From: Octopus vulgaris | Taxonomy: Eukaryota | Reading direction: 5' to 3' | DNA: 64,000 nucleotides | NCBI GenBank assembly: GCA_951406725.2 | Contig: OX597816.1 | Span: 33,480,001 to 33,544,000, forward strand | Part shown: positions 24,321 through 38,990 of the stretch, piece after piece | Layout: every line of letters starts with the position of its first letter | Position numbering within the stretch: position 1 is the first letter of the stretch | Program-made: the position numbers and the translations under genes | The notes under the pieces: model-generated | Database searches by the model: none | Seen by the model: the letters and a program-made list of their open reading frames with translations, nothing else | What the model was told of the DNA's origin: nothing

Positions 24321-26999
24321 GATGCACTTCATTCAGTTTCCCATTAGCATACTAGCATATCAATACCTAAAGCATTGATCACCTCGACTCTACACAAGAA
24401 GACCATTTCCTAAGATGCCACGCAGTAGGCCTTAATCCTGAATCATGTGGTTGGGAAACACAGCCACGCGTGTACCTTCATGATAAAGAATTCAGCTATA
24501 TTTCTCTTAGGGCCATTGCAGTATTTCCATACCTCAATAAATATGATGGTTTTACTTTTTTATATAAATAAATTAAATATGATTTTTATCTTTATCAATA
24601 ATAATGCATATATTGAGACAACAGTACTCAAACACCATAATGATATTTCGATGGGTGGTTATTGTATCCCCTTAATAGCAGTTGTATATTTATCTTCGTG
24701 TGAGTAAAGATTTCTTAATGATTAATCTAAATGACAAAAATAGATTTTGTTAAACTGGTAAGTCGTTTAAGCAGATATATCGAGAATATTTTCTTTCCTA
24801 ATTGCAATCACTTTCGAAAAATTACATCGAAAATATTATGTAGCGGTTAGTAATGGGGACGCAGTAGATGAAATTACATGTTTAGTTATTACAATAGTGT
24901 ATTTGCTTATGGGCATTGAGGTAATTCCTTTAAATATAGGATAAATTGTGTTCTCCAGTGAAACGAATAAAAACGTTACATTTATATAAGGTGTTAGTAT
25001 ATTTTTTGATAAGATTTAAAAACCTCTTGCTACAAATGGAAAGAAATTTGCCGAGTTAGAAATAGTCAACTGCTACATGGGAAGATATAATGAAACTTTG
25101 AGAACATGTAAGTTAATATATGTTTATAGCTCAATATGAATCTTCTGAACGATTTATTATATTTATTCTTTACGATGTCACAACGTTAGAATGTACCGCT
25201 TCGTCTTTCACACATACGTTATGATCAGTCTTTTGGCAGTGAACAGTAGTCACTGTATTAAGTCGTTGCTACCTTGTAGCACATAAGCACCAACTTGTTT
25301 ATAGCGTAAATAGTTTCGCTAAATTCGGTTTATTTTAGTTAATTTTATGCTTTTATTTTTACATATAGCTTATATTTTTTAAAGTCAAAATATTGGTTTG
25401 AATATGTTTTCTATAATTAAAGTATGTATTTAATAGCTACAGGTCTACATAGACTTATTTCTTTACTGTGTTTTACTTATGATAGATATCTGGTAGTTAA
25501 GGAGATGTTATTCGTTTGGTTACACGATTAGTCCGTTTTAAATGTGTTTTTGTGTTTGTGCCTCAATTAATGTTTCATAAGTCGTGAAGCGGCAATGTTT
25601 ATTGATTTATATTCTTTAAATAATCTATATGCTTATGGTTCTTAGGAGATTATTCTTTGGGTTGGGTTATTCCTTGGGTTATTATTATTTTCAATTTTAT
25701 GTATTTGCAACGCATATTTTCCGATTATGTTTAATAAATTATGTTTACAACGTTTAGTTTGTTTTAATGTTTTGGAGATTTGAAGTTATATAATTCTTTA
25801 TGTAGTAACGTGTATTTCGGTTATATTTTTCTGTTTTTCTATATATTTCAAATATTAGTATGCTCGGTAGCTGTAGATATTTGAAATTTACGTTAGAAAT
25901 TTTGTGCTTGAATTTGTGACAGTCAGCATGTGCCGATATAATAAACATACTACGTTTATGTTTGGGTTTGCTCCTGGGTCACATAATTAGCAAGGAGGTT
26001 TTATGCTTTTGACAACGTTGGATTAAAATGTATTGACCAGGTATCTAAAGCAACATGATATCATTTGACACCCGATGATGGGGGATGTATGACTTCGATG
26101 TGCGTCTTAAATTCCATATCACGTTGACTATGAAATTTTATATTTTATTACAATCTCACTGTTTCGGAGATCGCTTCTCATTGAGATTTCACTTTGATAA
26201 GGTTTAAAATTCGTTAGTTAATGGATATTTTATAGGCGTTTTGGTGGGCACACACACCACGCAAGCGCACATACGCGTGCACGTGCAGAGATTTATAATA
26301 AAACAATCGGTGTTGATTCAGTTCTGTCTTAAATGCTGCAGAGAATTTAGATAAATGGACTCTAAATGCTTCCCTCATCATTCACTTAGAAATGAGATTT
26401 GACCAACATTTATTTCGATTAACCCTATATAGACTGTTCAAGAAGGAATGAGCGTTTACATATATAGTTTCTTACTTCGTTTCAAATAATTTTTGTTGAA
26501 AGAACAAGGCAAAAACATTCGGGCAGTTTTTGCTGTTTCGTTTCTTCAGTACACCTGATAACATCTATGTATATGATAATTACAACTAGAGACCCATTAG
26601 AGATTAATGCGTTAAAAAGAAGAAAAAAGATATGGAGAAAAAAACTGACGATCGGTCGAGAAAAGTGGCTATTCAGCCTGGAATAAAATAAAATAGGATA
26701 AAATAAAATAAATATATTAAATGAATAAATCAGGTCTGCATTAGAAAATGGGATGAGAAAAGAAAAGGTATAACCACAATTCAAGACAGAAAGAAAATAA
26801 TTGAAGTAGAAATGCAAGCGGTATTCTATAGACTAACAAATGATAATGTCAAGACATTCAGTTTATCAAGAAATGCATTTACAATGACAGGTCAGCGGTA
26901 CTACAAATACCGCCATTTCAAAATTACAAGGGAAAACACTCGTAAGTTAATTGCATATATACATAAAATACGTATGTATGTAAATATATCTTAAAGGAT

Positions 27000-28500
<1,501 letters not shown>

Positions 28501-28550
28501 CCTATATAGGTATGAACATGTATCTTAGTTGTGAGCAACAGCAAACTTAC

Positions 28551-28658
28551 CTTGTATTGTATAGCGTTTTTTCCGTGCTGAGTTTCCGTATGAGATTCGA
28601 TCTGCTACGCCACATCGAGGTAATTGCATCACCCTTTTTGTTTCTAAATCTATTTTGC
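28551..28658 (-). CDS. MMP: Internal coding exon of a matrix metalloproteinase (end of propeptide: cysteine switch plus furin activation site)
   Basis: Minus strand reads ...tcaatctctttcag|GC AAA ATA GAT...ATA CAA G|gtaagt: pyrimidine-rich acceptor, consensus donor, 108 nt, phase 1-1, no stop. Translation (G)KIDLETKRVMQLPRCGVADRISYGNSARKKRYTIQ(G) contains the MMP cysteine switch PRCGxxD and an RxKR furin site followed by YxxQG, as in furin-activated MMPs. Symbol is family-level only; the orthologue is not determined. Confidence 0.92.
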
Positions 28659-28739
28659 CTGAAAGAGATTGAAAAAAGTTTAGAATGACAATATAAACAA
28701 ATTAAACATATCTTTCACTGTTCGCACTTACTTCAAATG

Positions 28740-28827
<88 letters not shown>

Positions 28828-29159
28828 TAGTGTTGAGAGCTTGAAGATATACACATACATACATTCATACATACACATGTGGATATATACAATTATGTTC
28901 ATACGTTTGTATGTATGTATGTATTCTGCTCGTCTTTACAAGAAATTTTACCTTTTACTGTTCTGTAATTCTCAATGGAGAATTGACCTTCAAGTTTTTG
29001 ATCTGTCAGATCATATTCCACATTTGTCTATTACAACTGAAGAATGTATGCAAGAGTGTGTATATGTATGTCACTATGTATTAGTGAATGTATAATGTTT
29101 CCGGTTTATTTTAACGTTATATAAAAGTATATATAATATACATATATACGTTCAATTTT

Positions 29160-29335
29160 ACATTAAACAAATGATGAAAACAGGTGAAAGAACAAGCAGG
29201 TGTAGTAGGTTATTGCTCGGGAAGAATGGAAATATATTTTACGTTTCGAGCCTACGCTCTTCGACACAATTAAGAGGAAAAACTTTGAAAAAAGCGAAGA
29301 GAAAAAATGTGTAGGAATTAATGGTTTAAAATGAT
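29160..29335 (-). mobile_element. Short Penelope-like non-coding fragment with a decayed hammerhead-like motif (29236-29270)
   Basis: Minus strand: GTGTCGA-a-GAGC-gtag-GCTC-GAAACGTA-aaa; same GAGC/GCTC-type stem II and spacing as 24035-24070. Confidence 0.45.
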
Positions 29336-30628
29336 GAAATGGACGAGTCAGACAGACATATGGTTTGATAGATCAATTACAGGAATAGGAAACTGATTGA
29401 AGGAAATCTTTTAATCAACACTTTTCAATTGTTTCAATGTATTCTCGTACCTCTATCAACTGCCGAGATGTGCAGTCAATTAACTTTTACTACTGATGTA
29501 GAATGAACCTCCTCGGGTTCTACCTAATCGATACAATAATACTAACTCTAAAGAATGATATTTTGATATTCCTGAAAATGCTGAAAGTATCTTGAATATA
29601 AACACTCTTTTTTTTTCTAAATCTGAGTTACGACTATATCTCCTTTGGAATATTTTCAAATAATATGGTAATTTTACAGTCCTGAGTAAATCTACGTTGA
29701 AATAATTGTGAAAAATTTGTATGAAGCACTTAATGCCCTTTTTATAGCGATACCCCCTTACCTGCAAACAAGATTATTTCCGTTTAACTCGTAAAATGAG
29801 CATTGCAAAAACTTTCTAGACCTGATATATTACCACTTTTCTGAGAGCCGTAGGCATGAGAAGATCTATAGTAAAGTTGTTCTGAAGATGTTCTAAAGCT
29901 GCAGCTCTAAACTGGAAAACGTCATTTCCTTTTAGCAAGAGAAGACAACCACTACAGAAAACCACCACAAGAACTCCTAACTTTGTCCACTAGAACGGAC
30001 GGGCACAGATACCTCAATAGTCCAAGAGCCAAAGTACGTCGACGTTCCACCATATAAGGAAACGGGGAGAGAAAAATATAGTGGATTGAGCGAAGTGACT
30101 TCAAAAGCAGTTTATACATCCAACACTCTTCGTTTACTCACGTAGACAAAACGAGAAACAAAGCTAGCTATATCTCGAACCTGAAGGACAGCTGTATAGA
30201 ATACGCTATAAAGTAGAGTATCGTAGATTGGCCTAAAACATATATTAACGGGTAAAATCTGCATGCTGTATATAGCTAAAAGATGACACCTATTTTCAAT
30301 CATTGATATTTAATTCTTACTGGGTTGAAAATAGTTTTGCTGACACATTTTACACCGTAAATATTATACAATATGTATGTGTGTATATATATATACACGA
30401 CAAACATACATAGGTTTTCTAAAGATGAGGAAGAATTTACATGTAGATGTGAATAATGCATATTTCTCAAACACTGTGCTCATTAAGCAATTCCGTAAAT
30501 ATATTTCTGTGTATTTTTCATTTTTTTTTATTATTCTTGTCTTACTTTGAACCCGAGAAAGACGGACGTGCTGTTTAAATATTGTTCAATAAACAAAGTC
30601 GCTGTGTTTTATTGCAAATCGCATTACA

Positions 30629-30629
30629 A

Positions 30630-30719
<90 letters not shown>

Positions 30720-30733
30720 TAATAATAATAATT
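30629..30733. repeat. (ACT)n(AAT)n compound microsatellite
   Basis: Directly visible. Confidence 0.95.
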
Positions 30734-31464
30734 TCAACTAACAATAACCACACACCTCAGAAAAATACAAATAATTATTATCACATTTCATTATTTCTAA
30801 TTCCAATGTCTGCGGTTGTTGCATTTTAATTTTCTTGTTGTTGTTGCCCACGGTGGTATCATTAGTTTTCCATATCCACTTTATTATTATTAAAATGATC
30901 ATCATGATCATCATGATCATCATCGTCATCATTATTATTGCGTTAAGTATTTATTTTTCTTACGTTTATTATGAATAAAGCTGTTGATATTGTGAAGACA
31001 TGAAAGGAAATCTCATGAACTTTTTAAAAGGTATTCAAATAAAGGCAGATAAAGACACCTCAAAATTTGCAAATAATGCCAACAGAAAGAACCAAAAATA
31101 TTTAGATGTAACTTTCACAAAACGAAGAAAAATTAAAAAAAAAACAACTGATAAATGCTAAAACAAATTTAAAACAAAGAACCAAAAATACATACAAAAT
31201 ATAGAAAAATACATTGAAATTTGAATATTGAATTATCAAATCCTATTCTAAATATTCAACTGATAAATTCCATATAGTTATCAGAGCATGAGCTTTCTAA
31301 TGCATTCTATCTTTTGTACAGAAACCATAAAGGTGACTGACGTTTTTGTGTGTCTGTATGTATGTCTGCAGAGCGTGTTCTCTATGTTTCTGTTCGTAAG
31401 TATATATATATATATATATATACCCATGTATGTTTGTTCGATGGTATATGCATACACACACACA

Positions 31465-31517
<53 letters not shown>

Positions 31518-32089
31518 ATAACCAGATTTGGCTTGATAGTTAAACATATGCATACATAAAAGTTTACGCAATATGATGTCTTTCTGCTTAGATCTCTAAA
31601 ATTTCCACCATAACTTCTCGTCATCATCGTAGTCTGCCTTCTCTTATGCCTGGTCTCCCCCACATCCTCCTCTCCCTTCTCCTCCTCCTCCTACTACTAC
31701 TACACCACCAACGATACCACAAGCAAAATGGTGTCTGTAATATGTAGAACTACGGTGACACTCCAGTCTTATTTCGTGCCAACAGCTCAAATGTCTTTAC
31801 GCCTCAAAAACTTCGAAGAACTACCCCTGTTTGCAAAAAAAAAGGAGAGAAAAACAAAAGAGAAAGAAAACGTAATATAGAGATAGATAGAGCAGATACA
31901 CACAACAACTCATTTTAAATTATTGCAGAATTAATGTTGAACATTTTCTATGATGAACAAAAAAATATAACATTAAATTTGGAGAGCAAGATATTTTTGA
32001 TGGAAAGTGAGTTGTATACTGCATTTTTATCCGTGTTGCAATATTGCTCCTATCTTTTTTGAGCTTTTGATAGTTTAGTTGCTTTTGTA

Positions 32090-32092
32090 TAA

Positions 32093-32130
<38 letters not shown>

Positions 32131-32149
32131 ATATATATGTATGTATATA

Positions 32150-32185
<36 letters not shown>

Positions 32186-32221
32186 TGTATGTATAAATAT
32201 ATATATATATATGTGTGTGTG

Positions 32222-32284
<63 letters not shown>

Positions 32285-32325
32285 GCATGTATGTATATAT
32301 GTATGTATATAAATATATATATATG

Positions 32326-32368
<43 letters not shown>

Positions 32369-32387
32369 ATATATATATATATATATG

Positions 32388-32430
<43 letters not shown>
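32090..32430. repeat. (TA)n/(TATG)n microsatellite field
   Basis: Directly visible. Confidence 0.95.
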
Positions 32431-35400
32431 CTTTTAAGTTTTAGTTGCTCTTACATTAGTTATTTTTTTTACAGTAGCAGATATATGGCGTTTAGTATGT
32501 TGTTTATTTGTTTATTATTTTTTTTCTGTAGTACTATATTTGTGAATTTAATGGTAAGTTGACGCAGTTCGATAGAGCATTGGAAAACTAAAAGCTACGC
32601 AACTTCTAATTTCATGCCTAACCTTTCAGTTTTCAAATCCCGATAGAATTCATAAAAAAAGATATTTTATAAAATCATATTTTATTTATTTAATATGCAC
32701 TCTTGTGTAAATGCGGACTATGTTTTGTTTTATAATATTTACTGCTGCATTAGCTATAGCTTACATTACATATACAGTTTTCCTATTTTATATGCAGTTA
32801 ATTCTTCTAGATTGAAATAGAATTGCCTTTTCTGTTAACAAAAAAGCATTTGAAGAGTATTAGTCTTATGAAAATTAAATGAATTCTACTTCAGTTATGA
32901 CCGTGAATATTTCAGTTGTTCGATCAAGTGAACTATCTACGCATTGCAATGTTTGTATGTGGCTGAGTATTCCGCAGTTACGTGTACTTTTGATTTAAAT
33001 GATAAAGCTGGTATAATTTACATCGTAACATCGTAGTTCCTAAACACGGGATGCACTATCGGAATTCTGAAATAAAATCATGAGGACATAATGCGTATTC
33101 GAATTTCATGTACAGACATTTCGACTGCTGTCCATACACAATTTCTCTCAGAACCGAATTCCCTGAAAAGATTAGGTTACTGGAATCAAATGTGAATCCA
33201 CACGATTGAAATATGAAATTCTTGAGTACATGGCTATATCTTACGATTATGTTTTAAATGCTTTTTTCTCTCACATTTACCTACATGCACATACAAGAAA
33301 AGTCAACTAATTCCATGAGTGTGAAGAGGAAAATACATACATTATTTCTTAGGTTAAAGAGTTCTTATAAAGTTAACAAGTAAAGCTTCTTAATTCTTTG
33401 CAATCACATCCATGTACATCTGAATTATATTATGGGATAAACTATGAATGTTATTGTATATTAGGTTTTTCTATAGAAATAAGGAACGTCAGTAGTCTCA
33501 AACCGATCTAACCGGGATTTGTTCCAGTTATGTCTCCAGTAATATGGAAAACTATAATTATTCAACTTACGGAAATTTAAGGGCGGTCAATTCGAATTGC
33601 TGGTAGAAGGCTAGCGTGATATACGGGAGATGAATGAAATGCATTTGCTCGTATTTCAGTAAGATAATCAATGAGATTTAGAATACCACCATCTCATCTG
33701 AAGATTCCCCACCAGCACCACTTCAGCCACTATCATAATAGTGGAAGCATCAACTACAGTAGCAAAAACTAACATCTCAGAGAAGCGATTAGAATGTCGC
33801 TTCAATCCTTGTAACGTATGATGCTACTGTGCCAAAATAAAACCATGAATGTTGCAACTTTTCAGCGATTTGTTTTGCGCTATGCATTTGATGAATTTAT
33901 GTGTTTCAGGATGTTGTTCATTTTTAGATACCTAGTGAGCATAGGTAAATTTTGTACAATAGTGCTGTATGCCTCATTGTTTCTAGGGTTGTGCGTTGAT
34001 ATATATACGGCAGTATTTTGAGATGCGTTGTGGTGTTACGTTTTGTTTCCCTTAGTGTTTTAATACCTAATTTCTTGGCATGCATAATTCCAACTATACG
34101 TGAGGGTGGATATCGTCTCAGAGTGATTTCTGAGGTCGTGAAGAGGTAGGGCCCGAGTATTTTCATCAGACACTATTCTGCTAATCATCTTTGCTAAAAT
34201 TAAAGGGGATATTTCTTTAGATGTGCATCGTGTGGCATGAGCTAATCAGAAGATATTGTTTCGAGTCCGGTGGCTTATGATAACTGTCAGTTACAATTTC
34301 GTTGTTGAATATTTTCATCATAGTATCTATGAAAGGAGGCTGTTCTTTGTTATATTCTGTTTTTCCCATCTACCAGTGCAAAGAAACAATTTCTGTACAA
34401 TACCGTTTTAATAAAGAAAAATACAGAATACGCCTAAATATGAACGCATAGCAAACTTTGGTCTCAGTATATATTTCAATTCATGTTGACATGCACATCA
34501 CTACAAATATTTCATCTTACTACATTAGCGTTTGCGTTTTTGTTTATTTATTTACCCCTTACCTCCAAAATAACCAATTACCTCCCTTGTCACGAATAGT
34601 AACGATCCCCGCTTATCTCTCCCACCTTAGATTTTTAACCTGTTGATTCATTTAATTCAGAAACCACCATACATTACATGGACAAAAATCTCAAAAGAAT
34701 ACCAAATTATAATAATGTCATGATTAGTGAATGTGAAACCGGTCGAAAAATAAATTACCTTTTCTCTCATGAGATATATTAAAATATATGAAAACTATGT
34801 AAATTCTGTGCACTTTTTTCATTTTATACATATTTTTGCATTACAACACACTATGTGGGTGTAATCAAGATTCTCTTCTCCCATTTTTCTTACTCTGTGT
34901 GTGTGTGCATGTAGATTATTGCAGTGAAATTCACGAAGGATCTGTCACGAATGCTCTTAGATTTTCAAGGTCATTCTATACGTGTCGGTCGGTGTGATAT
35001 GCATTGGTACATTAAAGTAGAAAATTATGTTCCAATTGAATACGCTGTTCTTAAATAAAATTTCCTTCACCCCAAAGGGCCAAACAGTCTCTGTTTCAGG
35101 CAAAGATATGATGATATCCGTTAGATGGCAATAGAGGACGTAATTGTATAAGTGGATCCTTCCATTTCTGTAAGCACTAGTAGCTATTTCTATCAGCTTC
35201 ATGCGATGATATTAGACATGAGCAAAATTTGATGTGATATTAAGCTAGCAAATAGCTGTGGATTCATTTTGTTTTCAACACCTTTATGTTAATTATGACT
35301 TTTGCTTGCTAATATTACTTTTTCAAAAGCTTTAGAGGGAAAGTGCAGTGTCAGATGTCTTTTATGATTGTCCCATCAACTATCAATAAGAGGCTAGTAG

Positions 35401-36999
35401 AATGTCTCTTATTTTCGACCCGCCTTCAAGTTATAAATGTTTTACAAAAGGATGACATTCCAGCTTCCAGTCACATTGTTGTTGTATAGTCAAGAGGTCA
35501 TTGCCCAATGTTTTTCAAGTTGAAAAGTTCTACTAGTTGCCACACGTTGAATTCCGCAACTCTGAAGTCATTCCTAAATCGGGAATTTTTATTTTGAACC
35601 AGTTCCAAGAGATGGAAATTGTTATTCATTTTAGTGTTTTTCTACACCTCTGTAGTCACTACTACGAGTAATCTCAGAAACTATGTTTTTATATAGTTTG
35701 AACTCAGTGATAAGAAGTTATTCTGGTCCAAATATTGAAACACAAATATCGAATATTCAAACCATTTCACATTATCTCAAATTTACAACCACGTTGCACA
35801 AAAAATCACTTTTGAGTATGTGAATTTACATTATCTCTTAAGATTTAAAAATTAGTGGGAGATTAGAGTTGGTGGATTGGTCACCAACTGCAGTTATTAA
35901 GTAATAACTGTCTAAAGCTCATATGCTTTTTTTTAAATAGCCCCCCAAGATATGGCATTTTGCAATATTTCGTTAGCATCTTTCTTATATAAGCTTATTT
36001 TAAAGAATTGACCTTTAGTTTCCTAGGGAATTGTGATAGTGTGGATCAAGGAGACATACTTTCCACTGTCTGATATCGAACATATTTGCAATGATGGAAC
36101 TCAAAAACTGAAGGAAATTCGATTGTTTGAAAATGTTCGAAATTGTATAAAATTTTAACGGCCATAAAATCTAAATGGTGACAGCTATGGAACTGAAATT
36201 GTCAGGTATTACTCTTCAAATATATCTACTAACGAATGGAGTGGATTTGAAGAAAACATATGTAGCTTTGTGGTAGGCTCTTATTGAATGTTATTGGAAC
36301 GACGCATGGATATATCTCACTTTCTCTCTTTATCTATTTATCATTATATAATTATTTTCTCTATCTGTCTTATCTATTTCATACTGCTTACTATATATAT
36401 GTGTGCGCGTTGTGTGAGTTGTGTAACTTTGTACACATACAGACGCAAACACACATGCATATATATCTATATATGTATGTATGTATGCATCTATGTATGT
36501 ATATCTGAGAAAAAGAAAAAAATCTGTAAGAAATGCGATAAAAATAACGGAGAACATAAAACACAAAACCCACAGTGTATAAAGCAGTCTAGAAAAATCC
36601 TGATAATGTTAAAAAGATTTATTCATGTTGGAATTGAGATGAAAAATTAACAATATATAAATATATAGCGAAATATAAATGCAAAAAAATGGTGAACGGA
36701 AAATATAGCTTAACATATATGAGAGCCATGCACCAGTGGAAATGCGTTGTGGGATTTACTCAAGAGAATTTATATTCTCATTGAGAAACTTACTTTGTGC
36801 ATAACAGACATGGTTGAGAGGATTACATTTGACATGAAATACATGTTCATGAATATTGATGACTGTGACATCAATACGAAATATAGGTGTGAACTTTTCA
36901 AAATTTTCAATTTTATGTATGTCCACAGATCACCGAGTTTGGTGTATGTAGCAAGACACGCAAACAACTCATACACACAGGCATACACACGCAGACAAA

Positions 37000-37127
37000 A
37001 TATATATATATATAAAATATATATATATACATAAATATATATATACGTGTATATATATATATATATACATACATATATACATATATATATATACATGTAT
37101 ACATACATATCTATATATATACATACT

Positions 37128-37163
<36 letters not shown>

Positions 37164-37490
37164 GATAGATACATATATATATGCATATATATATATACAT
37201 ATATATATATGCATATATATATATATACATATATATCCATATATATATATACATATAAAAATACATATATATATATATATACATATATATACATATATAT
37301 ACACATATATATATATATGTATACATACATATATATAGATACACATATATATATATACGTATATATATATACATATATATACATAAATACATATATATGT
37401 GTGTATGTATATATGCATATCTATCTGCATATTCATCTACGGTTACAAGCACACACACATTGTATTTATATATATGTATATATACAGGTA
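37000..37490. repeat. (TA)n/(TACA)n microsatellite field
   Basis: Directly visible. Confidence 0.95.
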
Positions 37491-37880
37491 AACAAATCAT
37501 GACGACAAATTACATCATGTAGGTTGTATTATTGGTGTTGGTAGACTGTCCTACATACATTTGAAAATAAGTAATGTGAACGGGTATGTGGGTAGGAAAT
37601 AATTCTGCTAATCTGAAGAACAAGCAAGATTTATAGGATGCACGCAATAAGTTTTTGAAAAACGTGTATGCTCTTAATTTCAAAATAATGAATGATATTT
37701 AAATAAATAATGCATCTATCTCTCTATATTGCCTTTTACTCTTTCCATCCATCTTAACCTACGCCACCACAATTACATATTTTCAAAGACAATGAAACAA
37801 TGTGGAAGAGAAAAGCTATCATTTCCATTATTTCCATTATTTACTTTTGACGGATATGTGTCCCCATCTTGCTAGTTGTT

Positions 37881-37927
37881 AACACAACGTTTCGGCTGAT
37901 ACACCCTCCAGCCTTCATCATGTGTCT
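37881..37927 (-). ncRNA. Minimal type I hammerhead-like motif (left arm)
   Basis: Minus strand: GACAC-aTGATGA-a-GGCTG-gagggtgtat-CAGCC-GAAACGTT^GTGTT. Stem I GACAC/GTGTT, stem II GGCTG/CAGCC, palindromic AACGTT in place of stem III; one core substitution (C to A). Confidence 0.62.
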
Positions 37928-38172
37928 TGGGGAAATTACGAACCTGGTTCACATTCCTAAGGTATTTTTCGATGTCGTCATTATTATTATTATTATTAGT
38001 AGTAGTAGTATTAGTATTCCCGCGGGCATATGGCGTAGTGGCTAAGAGCGTGGGCTACTAATCCCAAGATTACCAGTTCGATTCCAAACAGAGATCTGGA
38101 TAATAATAATGATGATAATAATAATTATAATAAGAATAATGATAATAATAATAATAATAATAATTATTATTA

Positions 38173-38207
<35 letters not shown>

Positions 38208-38247
38208 ACAACAACATTGAAAAATACATTAGGTTCGAAATTTCCCC

Positions 38248-38294
38248 AACATACCTGATTAAACCTGGAGGGATATCAGCCGAAACGTTGTGTT
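38248..38294 (+). ncRNA. Minimal type I hammerhead-like motif (right arm, more decayed)
   Basis: ATAC-CTGATtA-a-acCTG-gagggatat-CAGCC-GAAACGTT^GTGTT. Combining both arms restores CTGATGA...GAAAC. Confidence 0.55.
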
Positions 38295-38666
38295 AACAAC
38301 AAAGACGGTGACAAATATCCCTCAAATGTAAATAATGTAAAAAATGTCTTAAATATAGACTTGTAAGACACAAACTATTATGTCCACCATAATGAGCAAA
38401 CTCGTAACGCCTTAATGATTCACAACAGCAACAATAATAGTGTTACCTAGATATACAAATTTATGTAGATTAAAAGATAATGATATAAGATCATGTGGTA
38501 CTCTGTTGTATTTGAAAAGTTGGGTGACATGGTTTTGATAATAGGTAACGAGGATTGATTTCAAAATAGAGACAACAACGTAATTAAGAAAATATATCTA
38601 CCATCATCAATAATACAACCCACAAACACTATCTCAATCACTACCATCACTGAAAGTAATATAACA

Positions 38667-38847
38667 TATTTCTTTACTACCCACAAGGGGCTAAACACAG
38701 AGGTGACAAACAAGGACATACATAGGTATTAAGTCGATTATATCGACTGCAGTGCGTAACTGGTAGTTGATTTATCGATCCCGAAAGGAATAAAGGCAAA
38801 GTCGACCTCCTCTACGCATTTCGCCCGGCGCGCTAACGTTTCTGCCA
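38667..38847 (-). mobile_element. SINE family B, internally deleted copy
   Basis: Aligns with 7853-8086, lacking the B-box region. Confidence 0.88.
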
Positions 38848-38990
38848 CCTCAATCAAAATCACCACTGCTAACATCCCTTTTGTATAATAAATAAGTAAC
38901 AACAATAACAGTTAGCTATCTCTGCAGCTATACGTGCTTTATGTCAAAGCAGTGGTATGTGTAGGCGTGTGTCGGTACGTGTGTCGGTAC

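Larger units (their letters stand above)
37826..38340. mobile_element. Palindromic element: inverted hammerhead-bearing arms around a tRNA-like head and an (AAT)n linker
   Basis: Left arm ~37826-37995 is the reverse complement of right arm ~38205-38340. Between them lie a tRNA-like head on + (38023-38095; A box TGGCGTAGTGG at 38031-38041, B box AGTTCGATTCC at 38075-38085, ctACTaa anticodon-like loop) and (AAT)n/(ATT)n runs. Confidence 0.8.

Noticed and set aside
26152-26188. Minus-strand AATCTC...GAAACAGT-GAGATT hammerhead-like layout; similar weak hits near 34720-34750 and 60140-60165
   Set aside because: Core and stem II are too degenerate to distinguish from chance without a family consensus.
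26470-26555. Possible phase-1 minus-strand exon (GVLKKRNSKNCPNVFALFFQQKLFET) after the MMP exon
   Set aside because: Weak acceptor and no similarity to the expected start of the MMP catalytic domain (xxW...LTY).
29470-30100. Minus-strand peptide CLQVRGYRYKKGIKCFIQIF, faintly like the C-terminal part of a Penelope RT
   Set aside because: Only one short motif amid stops and frameshifts; a profile-HMM search is needed to support it.
38023-38095. tRNA-like sequence considered as a tRNA gene
   Set aside because: The acceptor stem does not pair and it is embedded in a repeat; treated as a SINE-type head. The same applies to the other SINE heads.
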